Assembly (NCBI GenBank): GCA_964549785.1
Contig: CAZJXA010000001.1
Span: 4,083-62,074, forward strand
DNA: 57,992 nucleotides
Origin: an uncultured Phycisphaeraceae bacterium
Lineage (GTDB): Bacteria > Planctomycetota > Phycisphaerae > Phycisphaerales > UBA1924
Reading direction: 5' to 3'
Shown here: piece after piece, positions 29,164 through 36,701 of the stretch
Position numbering within the stretch: position 1 is the stretch's first letter
Layout: every line of letters begins with the position of its first letter
Translations under genes and position numbers: made by a program
Notes under the pieces: generated by a model
The model's database searches: none
What the model was told of the DNA's origin: nothing
Seen by the model: only the letters and a program-made list of their open reading frames with translations

Positions 29164-29862
29164 ATGAAAAACATAATGTCGGCTGTCGGTGCGCTCGCAC
29201 TGGCGGCGGGCGCTGCAAACGCGGCGCTCTTCAGTTTCGCTTCCGACAGGAACGCGGATGGTCCCACATTCAGCGGGCTCGCCCCGAACGTGATCACCGA
29301 CGGTCGCCCGCAGGATGGGGATGGCGCGGTGACGACGTTGTTCCTCGTCGACCGGGACGAAGACGGCGCCGGGCCGGTCCAGGCGATCGCGTCGCGGTTC
29401 GAGTACAACGCGGTGGTGACGAACTATCAGGCGGTCGTGTTCGGCGGCCAGTTCAGCCATCAGTTCACGCTCGACGGCTCGTTCTCGATCGTGGACGTGA
29501 ATACGAATCAGCCGATCTTCACCGTGAACTTCGACAACGCGTTCCTTTCGAGTTGGTCGAACTCGATGGCGAGCCTGGGCCGTAGCGCCCAGATGCAAAA
29601 CAACGACGACAGCGATCCAGGCCTGACGTTCCAGACGTTCGGGGTGCTTGCTGACGTTGACGTCAGCGACCTTCGCGACTTCGGCTTCTCGCTCTCCAAC
29701 GTGCGGCTGGCGAACGGAAACCGCGTTCCGGTGACGGCCAACGGCCTCGGCACGCCGTGGCGTGCCGAAGGTTCGTTCTCCGCGCACGCCATCCCCGCAC
29801 CGGGGGCGGTGGCGCTCGGCGCTTTGGGCGCGCTCGTTATCACTCGCCGTCGTCGAAACTAA
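29164..29862 (+). CDS. secreted protein of unknown family with PEP-CTERM-like anchor (paralogue A)
   Basis: Signal peptide MKNIMSAVGALALAAGAANA|ALFSF. C-terminus IPAPGAVALGALGALVITRRRRN (motif, TM helix, Arg cluster). RBS GAAGGAG lies upstream. Confidence 0.88.
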   Translation: MKNIMSAVGALALAAGAANAALFSFASDRNADGPTFSGLAPNVITDGRPQDGDGAVTTLFLVDRDEDGAGPVQAIASRFEYNAVVTNYQAVVFGGQFSHQFTLDGSFSIVDVNTNQPIFTVNFDNAFLSSWSNSMASLGRSAQMQNNDDSDPGLTFQTFGVLADVDVSDLRDFGFSLSNVRLANGNRVPVTANGLGTPWRAEGSFSAHAIPAPGAVALGALGALVITRRRRN

Positions 29863-29896
29863 GACGCCGCCGAGCGCGATTCTCACATTCTCCAAG

Positions 29897-29923
29897 AGCC
29901 CCCGAAGAATCGGGGGCTTTTTC
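29897..29923 (+). terminator. intrinsic terminator after paralogue A
   Basis: AGCCCCCG-AAGAAT-CGGGGGCT followed by TTTTC. Confidence 0.8.
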
Positions 29924-30120
29924 TTTGGCGCGCAGCCCGAACCACCCGCGATTTTCTCGGAAGATGAAAGAAAATCCATCTTGCTTTGGCGAGTCTTCAT
30001 CCTGGCGAGTGATGATTTCGTAACGCGGAGCCGGGTTACCTCCCTCGCGGTCAGGAGGTGGCTTCAGCGTCTGGTTAGAACGGACTTCGTTATTTCAAGG
30101 TCGGGGGGAGGAGAGTCTTT

Positions 30121-30822
30121 ATGCTGAAAACTTTCGTATCGGTGGTAAGTGCGCTCGCGTTCGCGTCGGGATCCGCGGATGCGGCCTTGTTCAGTTTCGC
30201 GTCTGATCGAAACGCTGACGGTCCAACGTTCAGCGGGCTAGGCGTCAACGCCGTAACCGACGGTCGGCCCCAAGATACCGACGGGGTGGTCAATACGACG
30301 TTTCTTGTCGATCGCGATGAGGACGGCCCGAACCCTGCCCAATCAATCCCCGCGACGTTCGAGTACAACGCGGTTGTGACCAATTATCAAGTGGTGCCGT
30401 TCGGGGGCCAGTTTGTCCATCAGTTCACGCTCGATGGATCGTTCTCGGTCTTGGACGCCGGAACCGGCGCTCCTCTGCTCGTGGTGAACTTCGACAACGC
30501 GTTTCTTTCCAGTTGGTCGAACTCGCAGGTCGTGCTTGGCCGGAGCGCCCAGATGCAGAATAACGGCGACGCCGATCGTGGTCTGACCTTCAGCACCGCG
30601 GGCTCGCTTGCCGATATCGAAGTAAGCCAACTGTGCAGCTTCGGCTTCTCACTGTCCAACGTCCGTCTCCAGAACGGCAACCGTGTCCCGGTCGTAGCCG
30701 GCATTCTCGGAACCCCTTGGCAGGCCGAAGCCTCCTTCTCCGGTTCGGCGATCCCGGCGCCAGGAGCCTGTGCCCTCGCCGCCGTCAGTGCGTTGATCAT
30801 CGGCCGCCGTCGCCGCGATTGA
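30121..30822 (+). CDS. secreted protein of unknown family with PEP-CTERM-like anchor (paralogue B)
   Basis: MLKTFVSVVSALAFASGSADA|ALFSFASDRNADGPTFSG.... Collinear with paralogue A over the full length, with roughly two-thirds or more identical residues by eye. C-terminus IPAPGACALAAVSALIIGRRRRD. RBS GGGGGAGGAG. Confidence 0.88.
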   Translation: MLKTFVSVVSALAFASGSADAALFSFASDRNADGPTFSGLGVNAVTDGRPQDTDGVVNTTFLVDRDEDGPNPAQSIPATFEYNAVVTNYQVVPFGGQFVHQFTLDGSFSVLDAGTGAPLLVVNFDNAFLSSWSNSQVVLGRSAQMQNNGDADRGLTFSTAGSLADIEVSQLCSFGFSLSNVRLQNGNRVPVVAGILGTPWQAEASFSGSAIPAPGACALAAVSALIIGRRRRD

Positions 30823-30854
30823 AGCCTTTCCGTTCATTCTGAGTACAGCACCCC

Positions 30855-30890
30855 GGGGGCCGTCGAATCTTCGACGGCCCCCGTTCTATT
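30855..30890 (+). terminator. hairpin terminator after paralogue B
   Basis: GGGGGCCGTCGA-ATCT-TCGACGGCCCCC (12-bp perfect stem) followed by GTTCTATT; the U-tract is weak. Confidence 0.6.
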
Positions 30891-31002
30891 GACGCGGTGA
30901 GGGAATGTTCCGCGGCGATTGCAACCCCGTGGCTGCAAAGCCCGAGGGCTGGCTCCATCGGTGGTACACTGAAGGGTTCTCCCCTTCGGAACGCATCCCA
31001 CT

Positions 31003-32040
31003 GTGAAAAAAGTCTCCGACCTTCACCGCCTGCTGAAGATCCTCACGCTGGTGCAGGGCGTGCTCCCAATGACCCCCAAGGAGTTGGAGCGGCAACTGAG
31101 CGTGGGCAGCCGAACCGTCTTCCGTGATCTGAAAAAACTCCGTGCAACCGGGATCGACATTGCCTTCGATCACTCGCGCAAGCGCTTCGTGGTTTCCGCC
31201 AACTCGCTCCTCCAGCCCCTGCAACTGACAGCGGAAGAAGCCCTTGCGCTCTCCGCCCTCTGCACGGATGTCGCCGGCTCCGAGCAGATCGCCTTCACGC
31301 GCCCCGCCTACCAAGCCCTGCAGAAGATTCGCGCCCAACTGCCCGACGACCTGCGGAAAGAAGTCGATGAGGCGGCGGCCCACGTCGTGATCCGCACGGA
31401 AAAGGCCGCGGCCGGTGACGGACACGCCGATGTCTACGACCGCATGCAACGCGCCATCGCCCTGCGCACTTGTGTGACCTGTGAGTACGAAACACCGGGA
31501 AAGTTGGGGGATGGTCCGTTCGGCTTCGAGCCTTACGCCCTCTTCTTCGCTGTGCGTGCCTGGTATGCGGTCGGGTTCCATCAACAGCGCAAGGCCGTCC
31601 GGATGATGAAACTCGGTCGCTTCAGCCGCGTGACGCCGACTGAAGCCGCGTACGAAATCCCCGAAAAATTCTCTCTCGACAAGTTCCTGGGCAACGCCTG
31701 GCGGATGATCCCCGGCACCCCCGATCAGGATGTTGAACTGGTGTTCTCGGCGCCGTTCGCAGAAACCATCGCCGAAACCAACTGGCATCGCACCCAGGAG
31801 GTCCAGGAAAACGCCGACGGCACGACCACATTCCGATGCACGGTCGCGGGCCTGGACGAAATCGTCTGGTGGGTGTTGGGAATGGGACCTTCCTGCCGGG
31901 TGATCAACCCTCCCGAACTGCGCTCTCGCGTGCGCGAATTGGCGCTCGGTGTTTCGGCGCTCTACGAAAGCGACACCGCCCGCGGCGCTGCTCCGAGAGC
32001 CAAAGCGGTCAAAACGAAACCGGCGCGCGGCCGCGCCTAG
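31003..32040 (+). CDS. YafY/WYL-domain transcriptional regulator (HTH - WYL - WCX)
   Basis: N-terminal wHTH LHRLLKILTLVQGVLPMTPKELERQLSVGSRTVFRDLKKLRATGIDI. WYL-type core ...PYALFFAVRAWYAVGFHQQRKAVRMMKLGRF.... C-terminal extension ...VWWVLGMGPSCRVINPPELR. Confidence 0.85.
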   Translation: MKKVSDLHRLLKILTLVQGVLPMTPKELERQLSVGSRTVFRDLKKLRATGIDIAFDHSRKRFVVSANSLLQPLQLTAEEALALSALCTDVAGSEQIAFTRPAYQALQKIRAQLPDDLRKEVDEAAAHVVIRTEKAAAGDGHADVYDRMQRAIALRTCVTCEYETPGKLGDGPFGFEPYALFFAVRAWYAVGFHQQRKAVRMMKLGRFSRVTPTEAAYEIPEKFSLDKFLGNAWRMIPGTPDQDVELVFSAPFAETIAETNWHRTQEVQENADGTTTFRCTVAGLDEIVWWVLGMGPSCRVINPPELRSRVRELALGVSALYESDTARGAAPRAKAVKTKPARGRA

Positions 32041-32099
32041 CCCGGGGGATGCGCGCTTCGATGGATCACCACCCAGTCCTGGTGCCGAGTTCCGTTCGT

Positions 32100-33119
32100 C
32101 TACCGCAGTCCGCTCATCATCCGGATCGTCTCCAGCGATTCCGGCTGTCCCGTCCGCGCACTCAGGAGGGCGGCCTGTCCGATCAGCAGGATGCTCTCCA
32201 GCGGCGGTGGCGGAGTCGACACGTCGTCAGCCGCGATCGCGGCCCCGATTTCGGCCGCGAGCGACCGGGCGAACGGTTCAGCCGCCGTCCTGCCGGCCCT
32301 CTGCACCGCGCCGTCACGGCCGTGCCAGGAGCACTCACCGTCAGTCAGGGTGATTTGCCCGGCGGCGCCCGCCAGATTTGCCGACACGCCCGAGACCGGC
32401 CAATGGTCTGCGCCGAACAGCGACGCCACGCGGCCATCGGCGAAGCGAGCCAATATCGAAACACACCCGCTGAGCCCGCTCAACGAATCGCCGGGTGCCG
32501 CGTGCAACGCCCGCCCCGCCCGAGGCTGCACAAACGCCGCATCGATCGATTCAGGCTCCCCCATCGTGAAGATCAGCAGGTCCGCCAGGCGGGCCAACAC
32601 CCCGGAAAGCGTCCCCTCGCCTTCCGCCGCAGCGCACCACATCGAGGCGGCCCGAATCCCCTCCAAGGATTCCAGCCACTCGGTGCCCGCCCGCAGCCCC
32701 GCTGAATTCCGCGGCAAGCCCAGAACCCTCGGCAAGGCGGCCGCTGGAACCGTGCCCGATACTCCGGCGAGGTCGATCGTGCGCGCGGGGATCGGCTCGA
32801 CCGTGAGAACCCGGACCCGCGGCGGCCCCACCGCGGCCGCCGCAACACGCTGCAGATCTTCCATCGCCGTGGTGCCGGTGCCAAACCCATCCGGCGAGAG
32901 AAGTACGATCGTGCTGTTGACAGGGGCGGCGAGTTCCGCCCGCAGATCGTCAAAGGGTTCCGCGCCAAGGCCGACCGCGACGTTCTGGCCTTTCAACGGG
33001 CAGCCGGCCCGGGTGCAGCGAAAGCGTCCGGTCGCAACGAGCCGGGCTGCGAACGCCGCCATCTCGGGCAGCAGCCACAGCGTGATGGTCGGGAGTGATT
33101 CGCCTTCCTGAATCGTCAC
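32100..33119 (-). CDS. Gfo/Idh/MocA-like protein, divergent (no clear NAD(P)-binding Gly motif)
   Basis: The C-terminal half has the dimerisation/substrate-domain pattern typical of the family (GTLSGVLARLADLLIFTMGEPESIDAAF...VSILARFADGRVASLF...). The N-terminus ITLWLLPEMAAFAARLV replaces GxGxxG. Confidence 0.5.
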   Translation of the reverse strand: MTIQEGESLPTITLWLLPEMAAFAARLVATGRFRCTRAGCPLKGQNVAVGLGAEPFDDLRAELAAPVNSTIVLLSPDGFGTGTTAMEDLQRVAAAAVGPPRVRVLTVEPIPARTIDLAGVSGTVPAAALPRVLGLPRNSAGLRAGTEWLESLEGIRAASMWCAAAEGEGTLSGVLARLADLLIFTMGEPESIDAAFVQPRAGRALHAAPGDSLSGLSGCVSILARFADGRVASLFGADHWPVSGVSANLAGAAGQITLTDGECSWHGRDGAVQRAGRTAAEPFARSLAAEIGAAIAADDVSTPPPPLESILLIGQAALLSARTGQPESLETIRMMSGLR

Positions 33120-33169
33120 GGCACCATGCTACTCCAAGCCGGGGCCCGACTCCGATCCGGTCTATTGTC

Positions 33170-33645
33170 ATCCGCTGCGGCAGGACGGTCGCCGGGCACC
33201 CCCATTTGGGGGTGCCGGGAGGAAAGTCCGAGCACGGAAGGACACGGTGGTGGGTAATCCCCACCCGCTCGAACCATCGGTCGCGAGCGAGGGAAAGTGC
33301 CACAGAAAGTAAACCGCCGATGGCCCGCCGGAAGGTGGGATCAGGCAAGGGTGCAAGGGTGGGGTAAGAGCCTACCGCCCGGGTGGTGACACTCGGGGCA
33401 CGGCAAACCCCGCCGCGTGCAAGGCCATGCAGCCCTCGGATCGGGGCCTTTGGGGTCACGGTCGCCGCTTGTCCGGCGGTTATCGAAGGGCGGGTAGGCT
33501 GCTGGAGGTTCGCGGCAACGCGGGCCCTAGAGAAATGGCCGTCACCGTCGGAAGGCGCGGTTCCTTGCAATGCCCCCGTCAAGAGGCAAAGGACCCGCGA
33601 ACCGCCGAAGGAACAAAACTCGGCTTACGGCCGCATCGACCGTTG
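33170..33645 (+). ncRNA. rnpB: RNase P RNA, bacterial type A
   Basis: Conserved blocks GGAGGAAAGTCCGAGCAC (P4 5' strand), AGTGCCACAGAAA, GGTAAGAGCCTACC, GGCAAACCCC and ACAAAACTCGGCTTAC (P4 3' strand). P3 hairpin GCACCCCC-ATTT-GGGGGTGC. P1 pairs TGCGGC with GCCGCA. Ends are approximate (+/-10 nt). Confidence 0.9.
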
Positions 33646-33647
33646 AC

Positions 33648-33674
33648 GCGGGCTCCCTGAAAACGGGAGCCCGC
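33648..33674 (+). terminator. perfect 10-bp hairpin immediately 3' of rnpB
   Basis: GCGGGCTCCC-TGAAAAC-GGGAGCCCGC. It is followed by GGCCTTTATT, so the U-tract is poor. Confidence 0.45.
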
Positions 33675-33772
33675 GGCCTTTATTGGCCGCTCACTCTGGA
33701 AAGTTGGCGCGGCCGCGTCGCCCCGCACTCCTGTTGAACCGTTGCGAGTCGTCGCCGTGTACAGTGTCGGCC

Positions 33773-35752
33773 ATGGCCGAGCGATCATTGCAATCCGACC
33801 CGTCGAGCACCGATTTTTCACCGGGCTCGCCGGTTTTGGCGGAAGACGCCGCGGCCGATCGGCCCAAGCCGGTCGGGCCAACGTTGTTTGAGATTTCGTG
33901 GGAAGTCTGCAACCAAGTGGGCGGGATTTATCAGGTGCTGCGGAGCAAGGCCCCGTTGATGACGCAGCGGTGGGGCGAGCAGTATTACCTCGTGGGGCCG
34001 TGGGAGGAATCAAAGGCGGTTCTTGAGTACGAGGAGTCGCGGGCTACCGGGTGGATGACGCGGGCCTTGCAGCAACTGAAGGATGAAGGGCTGACCGTGC
34101 GGCACGGACGGTGGCTGGTGCCGGGGCGGCCAAAGGTCCTGCTGATCGAGCACTGGCGGGGGGCGGAGGCACTGGCCAAGGCGAAATACTCGGTGTGGAA
34201 AGACCACGACATAGAGACGCCGGGGCAGGATTGGCTGATCGACGGGGTGGTGAGTTTCGCGGATGCGGTCTTTCGATTGTTCAAGGCGATGTCCGAGCAC
34301 CGGCCCCACTCGGCGGCCGCGGCCAAGCACGGATCGCCGTTTGTGGCGCACTTTCACGAATGGCTGGGCGGATTGGCGATTCCGATGTTGCGGAAAGCCG
34401 AGTTGCCGGTGGCGACCGTGTTCACGACCCACGCGACGCTGCTGGGTCGGTACATCGCGAGTTCGCGGGAGAACTTCTATGACCAGTTACCGTGGATCGA
34501 TCAGGACGTCGAAGCCACCCGGTACAACGTGCGCCCCCAGCACAAGATCGAGCGGGCGTGCGCGCACGGGTGCCACGTCTTTACGACCGTGTCGTCGATC
34601 ACGGCGGAGGAGTGCACGCAGTTGCTGGGGCGACCGGTCGACGTTGTGGTGCCCAACGGGCTGACGGTGGGCTTGTATAACGCGGGGCACGAGCAGCAGC
34701 GGCTTCACGGGGAATACAAGGAAGACATCCACCGCTTCACGATGGGGCACTTCTTTCCGAGTTACTCGTTCGACCTGGACCGCACGATCTACATGTTCAC
34801 CAGCGGGCGGTACGAGCCGCGGAACAAGGGCTTCGATTTGTGCCTTGAGTCATTGGCGCGGCTGAACGCGATGTTGAAAGCCGCGCAACTTGGCAAGACG
34901 ATCGTGTTTTTCCTCGTGACCAAGAAGGCGACCAAAAGCATCAACCCCCTGGCGATGGAGAAGCGCGGGGTTCTCAATGAACTCAATGACGTTTGCAAGA
35001 AGATCACGGAGGGAGTGGGCAAACGATTGTTCGAGCGGGCGGCGGCGGGCGGCAAACTTCGGATGGACGATCTGATCGATGAGTATTGGATGCTGCGGTA
35101 CAAGCGGGCCCAGCACGCGCTCAAGCAGCACTGCCTGCCCATCGTGGTCACGCACATGTTGGAAGACGACATCAACGACCCCGTGCTCACCCAGATCCGG
35201 CAGTTGGGGCTCGTGAATCGCGAAGAGGACCCGGTGAAGGTGGTTTACGTGCCGGACTTCATCAACCCGACCAACCGCTTGTTCGGGATCGAGTACGACC
35301 AGTTTGTGCGCGGGTGCCACCTCGGCATTTTTCCGAGTCAGTATGAGCCTTGGGGGTACACCCCGCTCGAAGCCGCGGCGATGGGTGTGCCCGCGGTGAC
35401 AAGCGATCTCGCCGGGTTCGGGCGCTATGTGCAGGAGAACTTTCAGAAATCGGAGGAGTGGGGGATGACTGTTCTGCAGCGGCGGGGACGGCCTTACAAC
35501 GAGGCCGCGGCCGATCTTGCGCAGCGGATGTTCGATTTCTGCAAGATGGAGCGGCGCGAGCGGATTGCGCTGCGGAACGAGGTGGATAAGCGCTCGTGGG
35601 AGTTTGACTGGAGCAAGTTGGGAAGGGCATACCACACCGCCCACGATCTGGCCTTGGCACGCTTCAGCGCGGAGGCGACCGGCACGGTCGCGATGGTGTC
35701 GGCGGCGGTGCTGTCGCAGCGCCGCCCCCCAGAGCAGGTGACGCCCGGCTGA
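33773..35752 (+). CDS. glycogen synthase, eukaryote-type (glycosyltransferase family GT3)
   Basis: ATG 33773. LFEISWEVCNQVGGIYQVLRSKAPLMTQRWGEQYYLVGPW and HEWLGGLAIPMLRKAELPVATVFTTHATLLGRYI closely parallel the yeast/animal glycogen synthase N-terminal blocks, not GlgA (GT5). Confidence 0.88.
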   Translation: MAERSLQSDPSSTDFSPGSPVLAEDAAADRPKPVGPTLFEISWEVCNQVGGIYQVLRSKAPLMTQRWGEQYYLVGPWEESKAVLEYEESRATGWMTRALQQLKDEGLTVRHGRWLVPGRPKVLLIEHWRGAEALAKAKYSVWKDHDIETPGQDWLIDGVVSFADAVFRLFKAMSEHRPHSAAAAKHGSPFVAHFHEWLGGLAIPMLRKAELPVATVFTTHATLLGRYIASSRENFYDQLPWIDQDVEATRYNVRPQHKIERACAHGCHVFTTVSSITAEECTQLLGRPVDVVVPNGLTVGLYNAGHEQQRLHGEYKEDIHRFTMGHFFPSYSFDLDRTIYMFTSGRYEPRNKGFDLCLESLARLNAMLKAAQLGKTIVFFLVTKKATKSINPLAMEKRGVLNELNDVCKKITEGVGKRLFERAAAGGKLRMDDLIDEYWMLRYKRAQHALKQHCLPIVVTHMLEDDINDPVLTQIRQLGLVNREEDPVKVVYVPDFINPTNRLFGIEYDQFVRGCHLGIFPSQYEPWGYTPLEAAAMGVPAVTSDLAGFGRYVQENFQKSEEWGMTVLQRRGRPYNEAAADLAQRMFDFCKMERRERIALRNEVDKRSWEFDWSKLGRAYHTAHDLALARFSAEATGTVAMVSAAVLSQRRPPEQVTPG

Positions 35753-35878
35753 TCGAAGATGGGGGGCGGACCGGATGCAGACCACCGGCAAAACCTACCC
35801 TCCGTGCCTTGTGACGCCTGCCCTGTTGCGCGTGCGCCGTTGCCTCGGACCCTGGCGACGAAACCCGGGAGAGTTTGT

Positions 35879-36331
35879 TTGACGCTGCCAGTCGTTGAGC
35901 TGTACACCGATGGTGCGTGTTCCGGCAACCCCGGGCCTGGCGGCTGGGCGTTCATCCTGCGGCACCGCCCCAGTGATTCGGAGCGCGAGAGTAGCGGAGG
36001 TGAGAAACTTACCACGAACAACCGCATGGAGTTGATGGCGGTGATCGAAGGGCTTGCCGCTCTCAAGAAGCCGACGAGTGTGGACCTCTACAGCGACTCC
36101 CAGTACGTTCTGAAGGGCTTGGAATCGTGGATGGCCGGATGGAAGAAGAACGGGTGGAAGACCAAGAGCAAAGAGCCGGTCAAGAACCGCGATTTGTGGG
36201 AGCGGCTGGATGAACTGAAGGGGACGCACCAAGTGCGGTTTCATTGGGTGCGGGGTCATAACGAACACCCCGAGAACGAGCGGTGCGACGAACTGGCGGT
36301 GGCGGCTCGGGACGAGGCTGGCAAATTATAG
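35879..36331 (+). CDS. rnhA: ribonuclease HI
   Basis: [22 protein letters not shown]...[14 protein letters not shown]...DSQYV...[18 protein letters not shown] has the DEDD residues. Start uncertain: TTG 35879 after GGGAGAG gives about 150 aa; the ORF track starts at 35759. Confidence 0.88.
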   Translation: MTLPVVELYTDGACSGNPGPGGWAFILRHRPSDSERESSGGEKLTTNNRMELMAVIEGLAALKKPTSVDLYSDSQYVLKGLESWMAGWKKNGWKTKSKEPVKNRDLWERLDELKGTHQVRFHWVRGHNEHPENERCDELAVAARDEAGKL

Positions 36332-36701
36332 TCCTATAATCAAGTCCTTTTCTTCGCTCTAATCGCGAAGTTGCGGACAAATGCAACGTGCACTTTTCAT
36401 TCGTCCGCTACCGCGCGTCGCTTGCTGTCCCAAGCACCAGTGCTCATCTTTTTCGGGCCCAGGCAAACAGCACGTGGGCCTTGGGATCACGATATTTGCG
36501 CGGAAGGGGCGGACACCTATCAGCCGCGCACCGGGTTGGAAATCGCTTCGTGGCGAAATCTTCAGCGGGCGGGGTGGTGATGTCGCGAACCGTCGAGGGA
36601 ACTGGCCGTGACCCAATCCGTTCCCTTTGCCAAACGGACCCGGCCTTCCGCACGAAGTTTCAAAGCAGGGCGCCCGGGCGGTTGGGGCGGGCAGAACCCA
36701 A

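Noticed and set aside
29164-30822. The two similar genes considered as a diversity-generating retroelement template/variable repeat pair
   Set aside because: No reverse transcriptase is nearby. The differences are spread over the whole genes and are not restricted to adenine positions of one copy.
31003-33119. The WYL regulator considered as a marker of a phage-defence island
   Set aside because: The flanking genes (secreted paralogues, Gfo-like protein, rnpB) contain no nuclease, helicase, NTPase, cyclase, methyltransferase or toxin-like domain that I can recognise.
32950-33660. ORFs 32950..33582(-), 33095..33367(+), 33383..33646(+) and 33427..33660(+)
   Set aside because: They overlap the RNase P RNA gene, whose conserved blocks explain the region.
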